Origin: Octopus bimaculoides
Taxonomy: Eukaryota
Direction: 5' to 3'
DNA: 32,017 bases
Assembly (NCBI RefSeq): GCF_001194135.2
Contig: NC_068983.1
Location: forward strand, 1,535,330-1,567,346
Both the position numbers and the translations under genes were made by a program. Shown piece by piece: positions 1 through 12,025 of the stretch (position 1 is its first letter; every line of letters starts with the position of its first letter). A model generated the notes under the pieces. The model was not told the DNA's origin. It searched no databases and worked only from the letters and a program-made list of their open reading frames with translations.

Positions 1-41
1 TGAAGTGAAAGCACGTTATAAAAATAAAACTACTGAACAAC

Positions 42-42
<1 letters not shown>

Positions 43-119
<77 letters not shown>

Positions 120-262
120 AAGAAGAAGAAGAAGGAGGAGGAGGAGAAGGAGAAGAAGAAGAAGAAGAAGAAGAAGAAGAAGAAGAAGAAGAAGAAAAAG
201 AAGAAGAGGCACAAGAAGAACAAGATCAAGAACAAGAACAAGAACAAGAGCAAGAAGAAGGA
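43..262. repeat. Compound trinucleotide microsatellite (AAT)n-(AAG)n-(GAG)n-(AAGAAC)n
   Basis: Seen directly: (AAT)n 43-90, then an AAG/GAG tract and AAGAAC units. Explains the poly-L/poly-I ORF 30..212. Confidence 0.95.
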
Positions 263-711
263 GAATGATAATGAGCCAACTCTATTACGTAATAATAAGA
301 GTGATTGATGAAAGATTATTGGACAACTATATATGTATATATGTGCGTGTTCGTCTTATTTGCGCAGAGTTGACTAAAATTCTCCCTCGCAAATTGCGCC
401 AGAAATATTTATATATATGTATATTTGTGTAAATCATGAAATACAATCTATTTATATTTCTGACAGACAGACAACAAGGCGTGCCGAGCCAGATGAATAC
501 TGATCCAAATGAATGTGATCGAACTTTGTCGATCGAAACACGGCAAGGAGCTATTTGTTGAGCAATAGTAATCAGATATATTAATCAGGAAATAGATACA
601 AACCATAGGAACAGATCTAGGCAGCATTCCACTTCGAGTTACATTAAATTGATAGTTAAATTTATATGTGGATTAAAAGAAATGAATATTGGTATTCTCT
701 TAATAAATGTT

Positions 712-845
712 CATATATATATATGTGTGTGTGTGTGCGCATGTGTCTATGAGTGTGTATATATGTGTTCATATAAGTTTCGCATATACATACACACACA
801 TATACACACCCCCACATACACACACACGCACGCACATATATATAG
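712..845. repeat. Degenerate TA/TG/CA microsatellite
   Basis: Imperfect alternating purine-pyrimidine tract; source of ORFs 649-949. Confidence 0.85.
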
Positions 846-1020
846 CATTGATGTATACAAAAATTAACGCACTGGTGATTACAGTTAGACAGAAATGTTT
901 CTCGGCACGAAATCGCTTTGCATGTGATTCGAATCCTAATCATCGTTAACTCATATACATGTATAAATGTGTTTGTGTATAATTGTTTTTATGTGGATAT
1001 ATTTACAGAGAGAAATAAAT

Positions 1021-1042
1021 GTGTGTTTGTGTGTGTGTGTGT

Positions 1043-1096
<54 letters not shown>

Positions 1097-1454
1097 NNNN
1101 NNNNNNNNNNNNNNNNNNNNNNNNNNNNNNNNNNNNNNNNNNNNNNNNNNNNNNNNNNNNNNNNNNNNNNNNNNNNNNNNNNNNNNNNNNNNNNNNNNNN
1201 NNNNNNNNNNNNNNNNNNNNNNNNNNNNNNNNNNNNNNNNNNNNNNNNNNNNNNNNNNNNNNNNNNNNNNNNNNNNNNNNNNNNNNNNNNNNNNNNNNNN
1301 NNNNNNNNNNNNNNNNNNNNNNNNNNNNNNNNNNNNNNNNNNNNNNNNNNNNNNNNNNNNNNNNNNNNNNNNNNNNNNNNNNNNNNNNNNNNNNNNNNNN
1401 NNNNNNNNNNNNNNNNNNNNNNNNNNNNNNNNNNNNNNNNNNNNNNNNNNNNNN
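1021..1454. other. (GT)n microsatellite followed by assembly gap (N 1097-1454)
   Basis: Seen directly; X-filled ORFs here are artefacts. Confidence 0.97.
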
Positions 1455-1589
1455 CATACATTCCGCGATAAACGGTCGCCAACATATACACTAATCAAAT
1501 TGTCGGAGTCGATGTTTTATCGAATTTAGCCTTGAAATGCTTTGACTGAGGAAAACTAAAGTCAGTAAAAGAAAGAAAGAAAACTGATC

Positions 1590-1820
1590 ATAGACACACA
1601 GACACAACCACATACACACAGAGACATACATGGAAAGATACTCACACACATACACACATACACATACGCACTGACACATGCATACTCACACACACACACA
1701 GATACACACATAAACATACAAAGACACACACGTACACATACACAAAGACACACGTACACATACACAAAGACACACGCATACACACATATACACATACACA
1801 CACACTCACATATACACACA
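1590..1820. repeat. Degenerate (CA)n tract
   Basis: Imperfect CA repeat with CATA/GACA/CACG interruptions. Confidence 0.9.
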
Positions 1821-2879
1821 GACAGTAGTTTGAATCGACATAAAATACATAAAGAGAACGTAATAAGTTTCTACGGTTAAACATTCTTTCTACCACAAGA
1901 TTCATCAGATAAACATTATAAAAGCTCTTCGGCTATCGTACCACCCAAAGCTCCTTTAGATAATTTATCTTTGTATCAGTTCCATTTCTCTCTTCATCTG
2001 CAGTGATCATTGGTCCGGATCAGTGATCATAGGTCCGTATACCCTACACACAACGTAGTACGCCCACCTCTCTGAATGGAAAGGTCATCGGATCACATTT
2101 GCTTGTTGTCCTCTGGATTCGTTATTGCTTTTACTGTCAGTATTGTCACCAACGGCTTAAAACCTTTTTAGTAGCGATTGATAAAAGTGGTGGCCACTGT
2201 CGAAAGTTTTGTAGCGATATTTAAGTATTTCGTCGATTCTATATATCATTTCTTGCATCACGTAACGGACAGTCTATCGTCTATTTTCATTTAGCTACCA
2301 CATATAGTTTGACAATGGAGTGTTATTCTCTAGTTCATGTTTCTGAAGAAAGCAGCGTTGACTGTGTTTTTTGTTTAAAATCACTCTTCATAAAACAGCT
2401 TGCCAAAGCAATTTGAATAGCAAATTATAAAAGAAGCCGTCTAACAAATTCTCGAAGACCACACACGCGCCAGTAGCATTAATATCATTATAAAGACAAT
2501 TTAACGTAAATAATATTACTTGCTGAAGAGAAAAAATTCCACGAAAAAGCCATGAGTTATCTCGTTTGCATGACTTTATGATGCACATGACAGAAAATGT
2601 TTTGTCAAAATTAAATTCATTTCATATGAAGATGATGAATTTTGAAGGAACGAATGTGTTTACGCATTTAAACGTATACAAGTTACAAATAATGCGTTCT
2701 ATTAATCTATTTTTGACTTTGAATAGCGTCACATCTTTTGATAAGAAATGAGTATTTACAAAATTATACACCACTATTTCTGTTACAATGTTGCAAACGC
2801 ACACATTATTTACAAAGAAAATTTTAAAATATATTAGTTGCAATTTTCACGACAGTAACTGTTATATTTTCCATGCAGG

Positions 2880-2894
2880 TTCTCTCTCTCTCTC

Positions 2895-2944
<50 letters not shown>
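2880..2944. repeat. (CT)n microsatellite
   Basis: Seen directly. Confidence 0.95.
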
Positions 2945-2946
<2 letters not shown>

Positions 2947-3068
2947 GGTCGATATGCTAGAAGAAAGAGTAATAAGCTACATAATATGAGCAAATTATCA
3001 TAGAAAACAGTTTTTCACGAACGTTAGCGTCTTTCACAGAATTCCATCCAAAAGTTTAGGATTGCTTC

Positions 3069-3087
3069 TACATACATACATACATAC

Positions 3088-3118
<31 letters not shown>

Positions 3119-3215
3119 CATACATACATACATACATACGTACGTACATACGTACATACATACATACATACATACATACATACATACATACATACATACG
3201 TAAGTACGTACGTAT
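3069..3215. repeat. (TACA)n tetranucleotide microsatellite with TACG variants
   Basis: Seen directly. Confidence 0.95.
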
Positions 3216-4062
3216 ATACCTAAATGCATATATACAATCGTATGCATATGCGTATATACATATAATATTGGTTGCGCTCTTTGATCGTTTTATTTTTATT
3301 TGATGCGGGCGGCGATGTCGAATGATTCAGCATCGATAAAGTGGTTACTATTGGGACTTAAATGGATGACGAATAAAAATAAGAAATAACAGACGAAATA
3401 GACAATAAATCAAGTACATGAAATAAAGGAACACCAATTGGAGAGAGTAAAGAAAAATTGAGATTGGTGAGAGTAGCGTTTAAAGAAGATGTCTATGAAT
3501 AGAGGTATATACTTCTACCGAAAGTTAAGCAATTTATGAATATTTGTAATAGACGAGTTTAAAAGATAAAAACAAAAACTATTGAAGATGAATGGATATT
3601 TAGAATGAAAAACAATTTGTTGTTTGGTATGCCGTTTTTAAAGAAAATTTGTAAAATGGTTAACTTAGAAAATGGTAGTTAAAGGAGAAAGAATAACGTT
3701 GATAAAAGTGGAGAAAGAAACAGAAAAGAAGATTATACATTTTTGATCAATGATGTATTCATATTTAATGGTTATACTGATGATAATTGAACCAAGTGTT
3801 GTAAGTGAATTGTTTACATTTATCAACAATACTTGGTATTTGACCGTTGAAATACAATGAGAAACATTACTGGCTTCTTCTTTTTTCTCATCAAATGAAA
3901 TATGCAATCAATCAACATTGAACTGCTTTGTCTTTCTTCTTCATTAAAAATTAAAAATTGGTTCGGAAACATAAATGAAATAAAATCATCTGAGTGTTGT
4001 TAAGTTGCAGAAACTATTTATTGAGTACAGTTTTCTTATTAGAAATTATTGCCGAATGTATG

Positions 4063-4063
4063 T

Positions 4064-4152
<89 letters not shown>
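4063..4152. repeat. (CA)n microsatellite
   Basis: Seen directly. Confidence 0.97.
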
Positions 4153-4154
<2 letters not shown>

Positions 4155-4269
4155 TGAAGACATATACATACATACGCACAAAAAGACACACATGCGCACA
4201 GATGTAAACACACATATTGGATAAATTCATTTTGTTACGGAACTAAAATCTTTCAGATGGTTGCTGAGT

Positions 4270-5620
4270 GCAATTAAAATCACTCCGAGATACTAATATG
4301 ATATATGACTCACTAAAATTAATAAGTCATGATTTATACTTTTCTAGTACAGAGTTTGATGCTAGTCGCGGCATACCAGAGTTGCTACAATTATTTTACC
4401 TAAATTTTTGTGTATGTGATTTTCCCTGTAAAAATAATGGTACCTCTTCTATTTTTGCATGGAAAATAACTAGAAAAAATTCTTTCTCTTAGCCGGGTAA
4501 ATATTTACGAAGAATGTCTTTCATATGATAATCATGACATCAATCATTTCACAAATGCTAAGAAAGAAACAGAAGGAGATTTTTAGATGGAATTTAATTA
4601 AAGAGGGAACACCATTCTCGCCATCGATGACCACAGATCATATTCATTTTTGTAAGTTTTCTCAATTATTGTCATCAAAGGTTAGAAATTCCATTTTATC
4701 TATTTCATAGTAACTTCAGGCATCTATTCGCGTTTTAATTTCATCAGAACTTCACTCATATATATTAAAGCCTGTTGAACACAAACCATCAGCTTTATTT
4801 AACCATATATAAGACGCAGATTTCCTTAGAATTCTCAACTTGGTACAGCTTTCCAACCTTCCTGCCATTACGAAACGATTTGCTCATTTTCCTGAAGCGG
4901 CTGTCCATCCAAAATTCCATGATATAGATTCTGGTTTTTGCCAAACTTTTTATCCGTATAATTTGCCAGCTTAAAGACCAAGGACATGATTGCTGCAAAT
5001 TCGATGTAAAAGCTAGTCAGCAAAGAATTTGTAATCACCGTATACAATAAAATTTAAAAGGTTACATACCTATGCCCGGAGAATAATTCCATAGAGGGTT
5101 TTAGTTGCTTCATGACTATCGATAATGTACTGATCTATGGATTTACTGAATTCGACATTGTTCGTTTTTACGCATTTCTATTCAAATTACTAAGATGCGC
5201 TGCAATTACTAAGAATTGCAATATAATAGTTGAAATCGATATTAATAAAATCCATCCCATTGATGAAGGAGGCTCTGCGAATGCCTTGGGATGTGTCATC
5301 CTTTTACACAATACTTAAAAAAAGGATAATTATGTTTTTTTACAGATATATATCTTCATTAAACACTGCCCTAATAATTAATATTAAATAAAAGCATCCG
5401 TTTAAACCAGCTCTACTAGAAACTGTCAAATGGATGAATGTTTATAGCGAACAAAGGCTTACGTAGTTTCGTTTGTAATTGTATTTTTTTCTGAAATAAG
5501 CGATTCTTGGAACAGTGCAAAGAGTTCCATATGTTTTACTGAAAGGGCACAGTTAATATAGAACAGCTTTCAAAGCTTTAGTTTATATATACAAGTCACT
5601 TTTTTAAAACTGGGAGATAT
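4270..5620 (-). pseudogene. Possible highly decayed hAT/Charlie (GTF2IRD2-like) transposase remnant
   Basis: Short minus-strand peptides only: RKKYNYKRNY (~5463-5495) resembles the KEYNLKRHY zinc-finger motif, and EEVPLFLQGK (4421-4450) resembles the EEIKLFLEEK segment. Order and spacing are plausible. Many stops and no clear catalytic motif. Confidence 0.25.
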
Positions 5621-5819
5621 TATCTATTACTTTTCCCTTAATTGCAAGTAGAGAACAATCTTCACTATTGAATAAAATCGAAAGACATACATTGGTCGTG
5701 TGTAGTAATACCGACTGGTACCGCTTTAACAAATCTTAGCATGTTATATTGCATCTTTATCTTCTTAAAAGAAAAGTTGACATGATTAAATTTTAATCCA
5801 TAATCCAAGTAACAGGCAT

Positions 5820-6905
5820 ACACTCAGTTGTATATGCACACTGGCATTATCCATGCTGTGGATGGATATTGCCAGTGTTTATTTCAAGCCTTCGCAGGTC
5901 CTCAGTACTCACAACCCATGTCTCACTGTCATGTAGTATAGCTCTTCGTACACAGGCATCATATAACCTGCCTTTCACTCTGAGAGAGCGAAGCCCATTG
6001 TTACTAACGGAAGCAGCAGCCCTCTGAACTTCGACCAGCCCGTTCGTATTCTTGCAGCCATGCTAGAACAAATTCCACAACTGCTAACTTGGTCACTTAA
6101 ATAACAGAAACTGTATACTACTTCTAAGGTTTCACATGGGTATTTCAAAAAGTCTATTTTCTGCACACTCCTGGTGTTTAATGTACCTATCTCTCTGCCG
6201 CATGTAAAGATTAATTCCCCTGTTAATCTTCCAGTGATACCGCTGCAATGTTTATGTATTCAAAGCTCATGCTTAGTACACCGTACGGAGTTCCTACCGA
6301 CACTTTTTCTACATTTCGAATATGGCCGTATACCTGAAGCGATCTGTGATTTATCTGTTTTCCTGCTCATCAGGACTTTGGTCCTTGTTAAATTAAATCT
6401 CTGGCCCTTTGATTCCAGATCTTGCTTCAACGAGAATCCTTCAACAGTTCTTTGTTTTAAACCTTGTTTGTCTATAATTTGTTCTACTCTTTCAAACAAT
6501 CATTTTCATAATCTTCCTTGGTTCCCGTAGTGGTTCAGCAATAAGAACACGGTCATCAGCACAGAGGAACTCCTAAGGGAAGCTTTCTTAAATCCCTCTG
6601 TTATAGCTTGGAGAAGGGGGCTAAAAATAGATCCCAGGTGGAGACCTTCTTGTACACTAAATTCCTTGCTATTCTTATTGGTTACCTCCACCTTACTAAC
6701 AGCCTCCCTGCGCCTGGTTTATACAGTTCTCACCAACGTCTCATATATCCCTAGATTCTGCGTTACCCACTAGATAAGGGAGCGGGGGACCCTCTTCAAG
6801 TCATTCTCCATGTCAACAAAACCTAAATACAGAGGTTTATTCCTAGCCAAGTAGTCTCCAGCGTTTACCTCATCAGGAAGATAACATCCGTATTATTTCT
6901 TGTAT
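5820..6905 (-). mobile_element. RTE-clade LINE reverse transcriptase remnant (stops and frameshifts)
   Basis: Minus-strand translation in RTE RT order: TDVIFLMR*TLEDYLARNKPLYLGFVDME; EFSVQEGLHLGSIFSPLL (QG motif); QDLESKGQRFNLTRTKVLMS; LEVVYSFCYLSDQVSS..AARIRTGWSKFRGLL; SLRVKGRLYDACVRRAILHDSETW. Confidence 0.92.
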
Positions 6906-7184
6906 CCACCTTGGCGGCCAATATTCCCTCTGTTAATGAAATCTTGGTAATATTCCTTGAACGCGATTGGCTAAAACGCCGGATCTGGAGAAATAATTCC
7001 CTTCCTAACGAAACAGAACAATTTCAACGAGAATCCTTCACCAGCTCTCTGGGTTTTTTTGCTTGTTTATTTTGTTTGTCTATAATTTTTCTGCCTTTTC
7101 AAATATTCAGTATAATGATCTTATATGTGTAATGTGAGACACAGAAAATAGAGAGAGAATTAGGAATAACGTGTATATATGAAT

Positions 7185-7214
7185 GTATGTATGTATGTAT
7201 TATGTATGCATATG

Positions 7215-7250
<36 letters not shown>
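7185..7250. repeat. (ATGT)n/(AT)n microsatellite
   Basis: Seen directly. Confidence 0.9.
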
Positions 7251-7251
<1 letters not shown>

Positions 7252-7609
7252 AGGTGCGTCTTTGTATTTCTGTATGTGTGTGTGTGCACGGGCGGGCGTG
7301 CTTGCGTCACTGTGTCTCTGTCTCACTAGAGGAAGCGATATACACAACAAGAGAAATGGAGGAAATGAAACATTGAAAATGCAGAGAGATACCAGTAATA
7401 AAGGAAATGTAATTGAGATATAATAGAGATTAAGAAGAAAAGGTTACGAATAAAAAGAAAGTTTTTGATGGATTGACAAGCGCCGTGAGGTTTAAAGGAA
7501 ACAAAATTGGAGAAAACGATGAGAGAGAGTATTGTAGAGGCTACATATATATGTGTATACGCGTGGCTATATATTGTCATATACGAATATACATACATAC
7601 GTATATAAA

Positions 7610-7641
7610 GATACACACACACACACACGCACCCACCCACC

Positions 7642-7712
<71 letters not shown>

Positions 7713-7803
7713 NNNNNNNNNNNNNNNNNNNNNNNNNNNNNNNNNNNNNNNNNNNNNNNNNNNNNNNNNNNNNNNNNNNNNNNNNNNNNNNNNNNNNNNN
7801 NNN

Positions 7804-7840
<37 letters not shown>
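7610..7840. other. (CA)n, assembly gap (N 7713-7803), (TA)n
   Basis: Seen directly. Confidence 0.97.
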
Positions 7841-7842
<2 letters not shown>

Positions 7843-7946
7843 CAGTCTTCAAATGTATGCATTCACATGCATAAAGAAATCAGCGTGAATGAGAGGACAT
7901 GATTAGTGGGGATCTAACCGCTTTCCTTCTGTCAGGCGTCTTATAA

Positions 7947-9435
7947 CAGTAGGCAACAAAGATTTTATAACAGAAATCCAAATATGGTTTCCTAGCTAAT
8001 TTCGGAATGCTGATTTCAAGTCTAAACTTAGATCTTTTCTATCACTTCTAGATTTTGTGTAAAATTCAAATCTCTTCGGAACATTTTGTACAGTGTCCAG
8101 ATCTTGGTTTTAATCGGTTTAATGCTAGCAATATGAGACTTTTCTGGGTTAAAGCAATATTTGTTTGCAAACTATATACAAATTCTAACTATTTTGACCA
8201 CTGAAATTTATCCCGAAGCGGGAACACTGAGTCAAGGGCATAGCAACGGCCTAAATGTCAGTCGCTATGCAACAACAGTCAAGTAGAGAGATTGTTGAAG
8301 TTCTCTGCTTTTAAGCAAGTAACAGGCTGAGGTAATCTGTGTGTTTTTATAGCATTTGTTTTGTACTACAATGGGTATTTCCTTTTATTTTGTACTTCTT
8401 AATTATTATTTTCTAATTTTATTTTTGATATTGTATGGTTATTAAAATGTAATTAAATAGACGAGCTTGTGTAAATCACCCATGCAATTTCTGCTATAAC
8501 TGTGGACAATATATACCTATGCCACAACAGAGGAACATAACAAAGATTAAACTTGCCTACAAGTATTATTTTGATGGTAAGTTAAGATAACAAGAGAGCA
8601 TATGGGCACCACATGCTTGCTGTTCACAGTGCAATGCAGTGTTAATGGCTTTGAAAGAAAAGCTATGTCGTTCACAGGCATCATGGTTTGGTGTGGGCCT
8701 AGAAATCACTTCAATGGTTGTTTTTGTTTGGCAAATATTGCTAGTTTTGCATAGGAAAATAAATAAAAAATCATGTATCCAAACTACGAATCAGCAATAA
8801 AACCAACAGCTCATGAGGAAGCAAATCCACTACCAGTTCCAACAACAACTGCAATAGACAGCAGTTCATCTCAAGATTCTCGTAGTGATATAGAATTAGG
8901 GAATGAAGGCGTATACCTTCCAAATACCACTAGTTTTCTGCATATGTTAAGTCAGGGAGAGTTAAATGACTTAGTGGAATGGAATTTTCTCCAGCTAAAC
9001 GCCAAAGTTTCTCATTTCCGACATCTCCATTTATAATTTCCATCATTTTACTTACAGGAGGAAAACGTTTGTTTCTGCCACAATATATGTGGCCTGATGG
9101 AAAGGATTGGCTTTCGCTATGATCAAGAAACATTGAGACTGTTTACTGACTCTAGTAAAGCTAAACTTAAAGCTATATTACTGCACAACGGCAATGAAAA
9201 ACCTAATTATTAAAGTATGCTTAACATAAAACGTGGGACGGAAAAGTAGTTTAGACGTCTTTCATAATAAAAACAGGTGAGAAATAATGGAAAACAGGGG
9301 TTTAAGGTTACACTAAATCTGGATGTAGAAGAGAAATTTAGATATCAGATCTGAAATTAGCATCAGAGATTGGATAGGAGTCAGTAATTTACGTGTCTGT
9401 AACCATAAAAAGGAGTTGAACCTTGTTGCCTAGTG
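7947..9435 (+). mobile_element. Chapaev3-type (CMC) DNA transposon, internally deleted, with both TIRs and TAA TSD
   Basis: Left end CAGTAGGCAACAAAG (7947) matches the reverse complement of right end CCTTGTTGCCTAGTG (to 9435) at 13/15. Imperfect TIRs extend ~7947-8062 and ~9308-9435. TAA flanks both sides (7944-7946, 9436-9438), matching the TWA TSD of Chapaev3. Contains a transposase pseudogene. Confidence 0.85.
8459..9213 (+). pseudogene. Chapaev3-type transposase, N-terminal half (Cys-rich domain to first catalytic Asp)
   Basis: RRACVNHPCNFCYNCGQY...LAYKYYFDGKLR*QESIWAPHACCSQC; MVWCGPRNHFNGC/FCL; YPNYESAIKPTAH..PLPVP; HMLSQGELNDLV; CHNICGLMERIGFRYDQETLRLFTDSSKAKLKAILLHNGNEKP. Several stops and frameshifts; C-terminal half absent. 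Confidence 0.88.
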
Positions 9436-10445
9436 TAATCAGAGGTAACTTGGTTTTATTATAATTGTAAATACACCGTGAAATTAAAGTAGGAAGTCAT
9501 TATATTTGTGCCTTTGAGTGCACAAATACGTGAATAATTGTAAAGAGGAAGTAAGTTGTAAATGTTGATGGAATGTTTTAGATAAAATTCTGATTGACAT
9601 TTGTTGTATCAAAAATCAATAGTAAAGTGGGTTCTAGTAAATTTGATGTCAAACACTAAGAACATTTATCTGAGTAATATTTTACAGCCTTGACAGCGAA
9701 CATTATTTGAATTCTCAATTCTTGTCAAAAAATGACAAGCGAGATAATCCTTGCTGATAATTTTCCTGAAATATGTATTACAGACGGGATTACATTTGAC
9801 CATTAGTATTACGGTGACAGTTGTGGACATTCTGTGATCTCCTTAAACCTTTGGTAGCTACACTTAGTCTAAACACTCCTAAAGACATTAAAATGACCGA
9901 CTGGTATGAGAGTTTTGTGAATAAGCTCTGAGTGACGTAACGTGGCATTATAACTTCTATTTAACAATCTTTAAATAAGAGATGAACAAAAATTCTATCC
10001 AGATCTAATAATAGCAAAACATGCCAAAGTTGTCATGAGAGTGCTTAGCACTAAATTGATTATATTGCATATTTAATTAATTAAAATCCTTTTAATTAAG
10101 TCTGTGACTCATCTGCCGCTTTTGACAAGAATTAGCACGCGCGCAAAATCTACACTATCATGGTAGTCATGATTATATTAAGATGACTTGAAGTATCCAC
10201 AGATTCTACAGGTAAACATCAAAGTAACTTCCATCTTTTTATTACCTTTAATTAATTGTAAGTATAAAAATTGTCATTTCTCTAATATATTTTGAACCAG
10301 GTTGAATCGCGGAGATAATTATTATAATCATCATTAATTAATCAATTTTAGTTATTCAAGAGTTTTCATTTTACTGCATTATGCAGACGATGCACCTTGT
10401 CATTCTCCCATTAATCATTCCTATTTAAACTATCAATAACTAAAA

Positions 10446-10622
10446 TGGCGAACTAGAATAATCTTCAGCTCGGCGGCATTGCGTCCGGCTTTACGGGCGA
10501 AGTCGAATTTGATTCTCATTATTTCAAGTTCGATAAAATAAGGATCTGTTGTGCACTGAGCCAAAGTAATCGATTAAACACTCTCCCCTGAAATTGCTGA
10601 GGTTAGCCCAATATTGCATTAA
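10446..10622 (+). mobile_element. tRNA-derived SINE, family 1, diverged copy
   Basis: Colinear with 13055-13272: GGCGAACT.., TTCGATAAAATAAG, GTAATCGATT, CCCCTGAAATTGCTG. Confidence 0.6.
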
Positions 10623-10666
10623 TACACACTGGACTTGTGTATTCATGTACTCACCAGGTTCATCTC

Positions 10667-11412
10667 TACGAGGTAGCTTTAAATGTTCCCGGACTATTTC
10701 TGTAGCGCATCAACAGATGGCAGCACACGGTTGCGTGCATAATGAGAGAGAGTAGTGACCTTCATAAGGCTATGTGTCGAGTGACATCCCTGTGTTTTCT
10801 TCACAAGTTGTAAAATGTATGTTTTGTGATCACATGTATGCTGTAGTTTGTTATTTTGTCATGGACAGGAAGTTGGAACAAAGAACCAACGTAAACTTTG
10901 GCGTTAAACTTACGAGTTTTGCTACATAGATACTGAGCATGGTTTGGCAAGCTTAAAGCGACGAAACAATGTGTTATACGCAATGTTTCGAGTGGCACGG
11001 GCGCTTCAAACTTGGAAGAGCGTCCCTAGGAGACGATGAGCGAGCTGGAGGAACTGCAACGAGCGCCAGCCCCGGAAATGAGGAGAATATTCATCGCCCT
11101 GTGCATGGCGATCGTCGGAGGACAATCATTGAAATTACTGACGTTGCTGGCCAGTCGTATGAGTCCTTTCAGGAAATCCTAATTGAACATGCAGCGTATC
11201 CCTGCCTAGTTTTTGTTCCCTGCCTGCTGACCACTGAGCATAGAGAACATCACGTCGAAGTATGTCAAGATCTCCGTCAATGTGTCGCTGATGACCCATT
11301 CTTATATGTCGAGGACCATCATAGGTAACAAGAGTTAAAAGTATTAACGCTAGAATATTATTAAATGTATTGAAGTTTTATAGTATTAAATTTTGCACAA
11401 TACATACCTCGT
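10667..11412 (+). mobile_element. Truncated mariner element (irritans/Hsmar2-like TIR)
   Basis: 5' end TA|CGAGGTAGCTTTAAATGTTCCCGGACTAT (10667). Probable 3' TIR end ...CATACCTCGT (to 11412). Contains the N-terminal transposase; the catalytic domain is deleted. Confidence 0.8.
10861..11335 (+). pseudogene. Mariner transposase N-terminus (two HTH regions, WVPHEL-equivalent FVPCLL), truncated at the first catalytic D
   Basis: MDRKLEQRTNVNFGVKL..*ILSMVWQA*SDETMCYTQCFEWHGRFKLGRASLGDDERAG..DRRRTIIEI..FVPCLLTTEHREHHVEVCQDL..DDPF, then frameshifted SRTIIGNKS (cf. IITGDESW). Two in-frame stops. Confidence 0.9.
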
Positions 11413-11600
11413 CGGACAAATGTCTTGTATTTCTTCTGCTACTTTACGTTGTGAGTTCAATTCCCGCCGGCATCACTTTTATATGTCTCCTCCGAGGAGT
11501 CGATAAAATAATGTCCCAAGCATAGACGAGAATCGGTGTAATCGGTTAATTATCTCCCTTCAAATCTACTAACCTTGTGCTTAAAAATTAGAAAGCAATA
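11409..11600 (+). mobile_element. tRNA-derived SINE, family 1, 5'-truncated
   Basis: CGTCGGACAAATG..TTTACGTTGTGAGTTCAATTCCCGCC..GTCGATAAAATAA..CCTTGTGCTTAAAAATTAGAAAG, colinear with 13055-13272. Confidence 0.7.
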
Positions 11601-11904
11601 TTGATAATAAATAATTCACGATTGCGTGCATCCAAGCACCCTAAAATATTCATACAATAATATCTACTGGCATGCGTCTGTTTTTTCCAAAGTGAATAAC
11701 ACTGGATGAGTTATAGAATGTGGATCTGTATCTTTGTTTCCTTTTTATTTTCACCGTTTCGAGCCAATCAGCCTGTCCACTTCCTATTAACTAGTTTCTC
11801 CGACCTCATCTCTAAGTACGCTGGAGGACAGCTTATTACTATAAGTCCTTCCTCAAACCATCCTTCGGATTGTACTGTAGACACTTTTGTTTTGTTTTCA
11901 GGGA

Positions 11905-12025
11905 AGAAATGACCCCAGTATTTGACTAGTACTGTTACGTACTAATCAAATACTAGTGCTGTTACTAACCACTGAAGTTTCACATGTAAATTTGATATCA
12001 TGAGCTTTTGAACTCAGAACGCAAA
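11905..12025 (-). mobile_element. tRNA-derived SINE, family 1, minus-strand fragment
   Basis: GACCCCAGTATTTGACTAGTACT and TTTGAACTCAGAACGCAAA are reverse complements of family motifs (AGTACCAGT..CTGGG; TCTGAGTTCAAA). Confidence 0.55.

Noticed and set aside
918-1529. ORFs spanning N-gaps (also 7473-7888, 16973-17592, 21137-21666)
   Set aside because: Open only because Ns translate as X and the flanking microsatellites lack stops.
3069-3215. CRISPR-like or prokaryotic features anywhere in the window
   Set aside because: The repeats are simple tandem microsatellites without unique spacers, and the window is eukaryotic in character.
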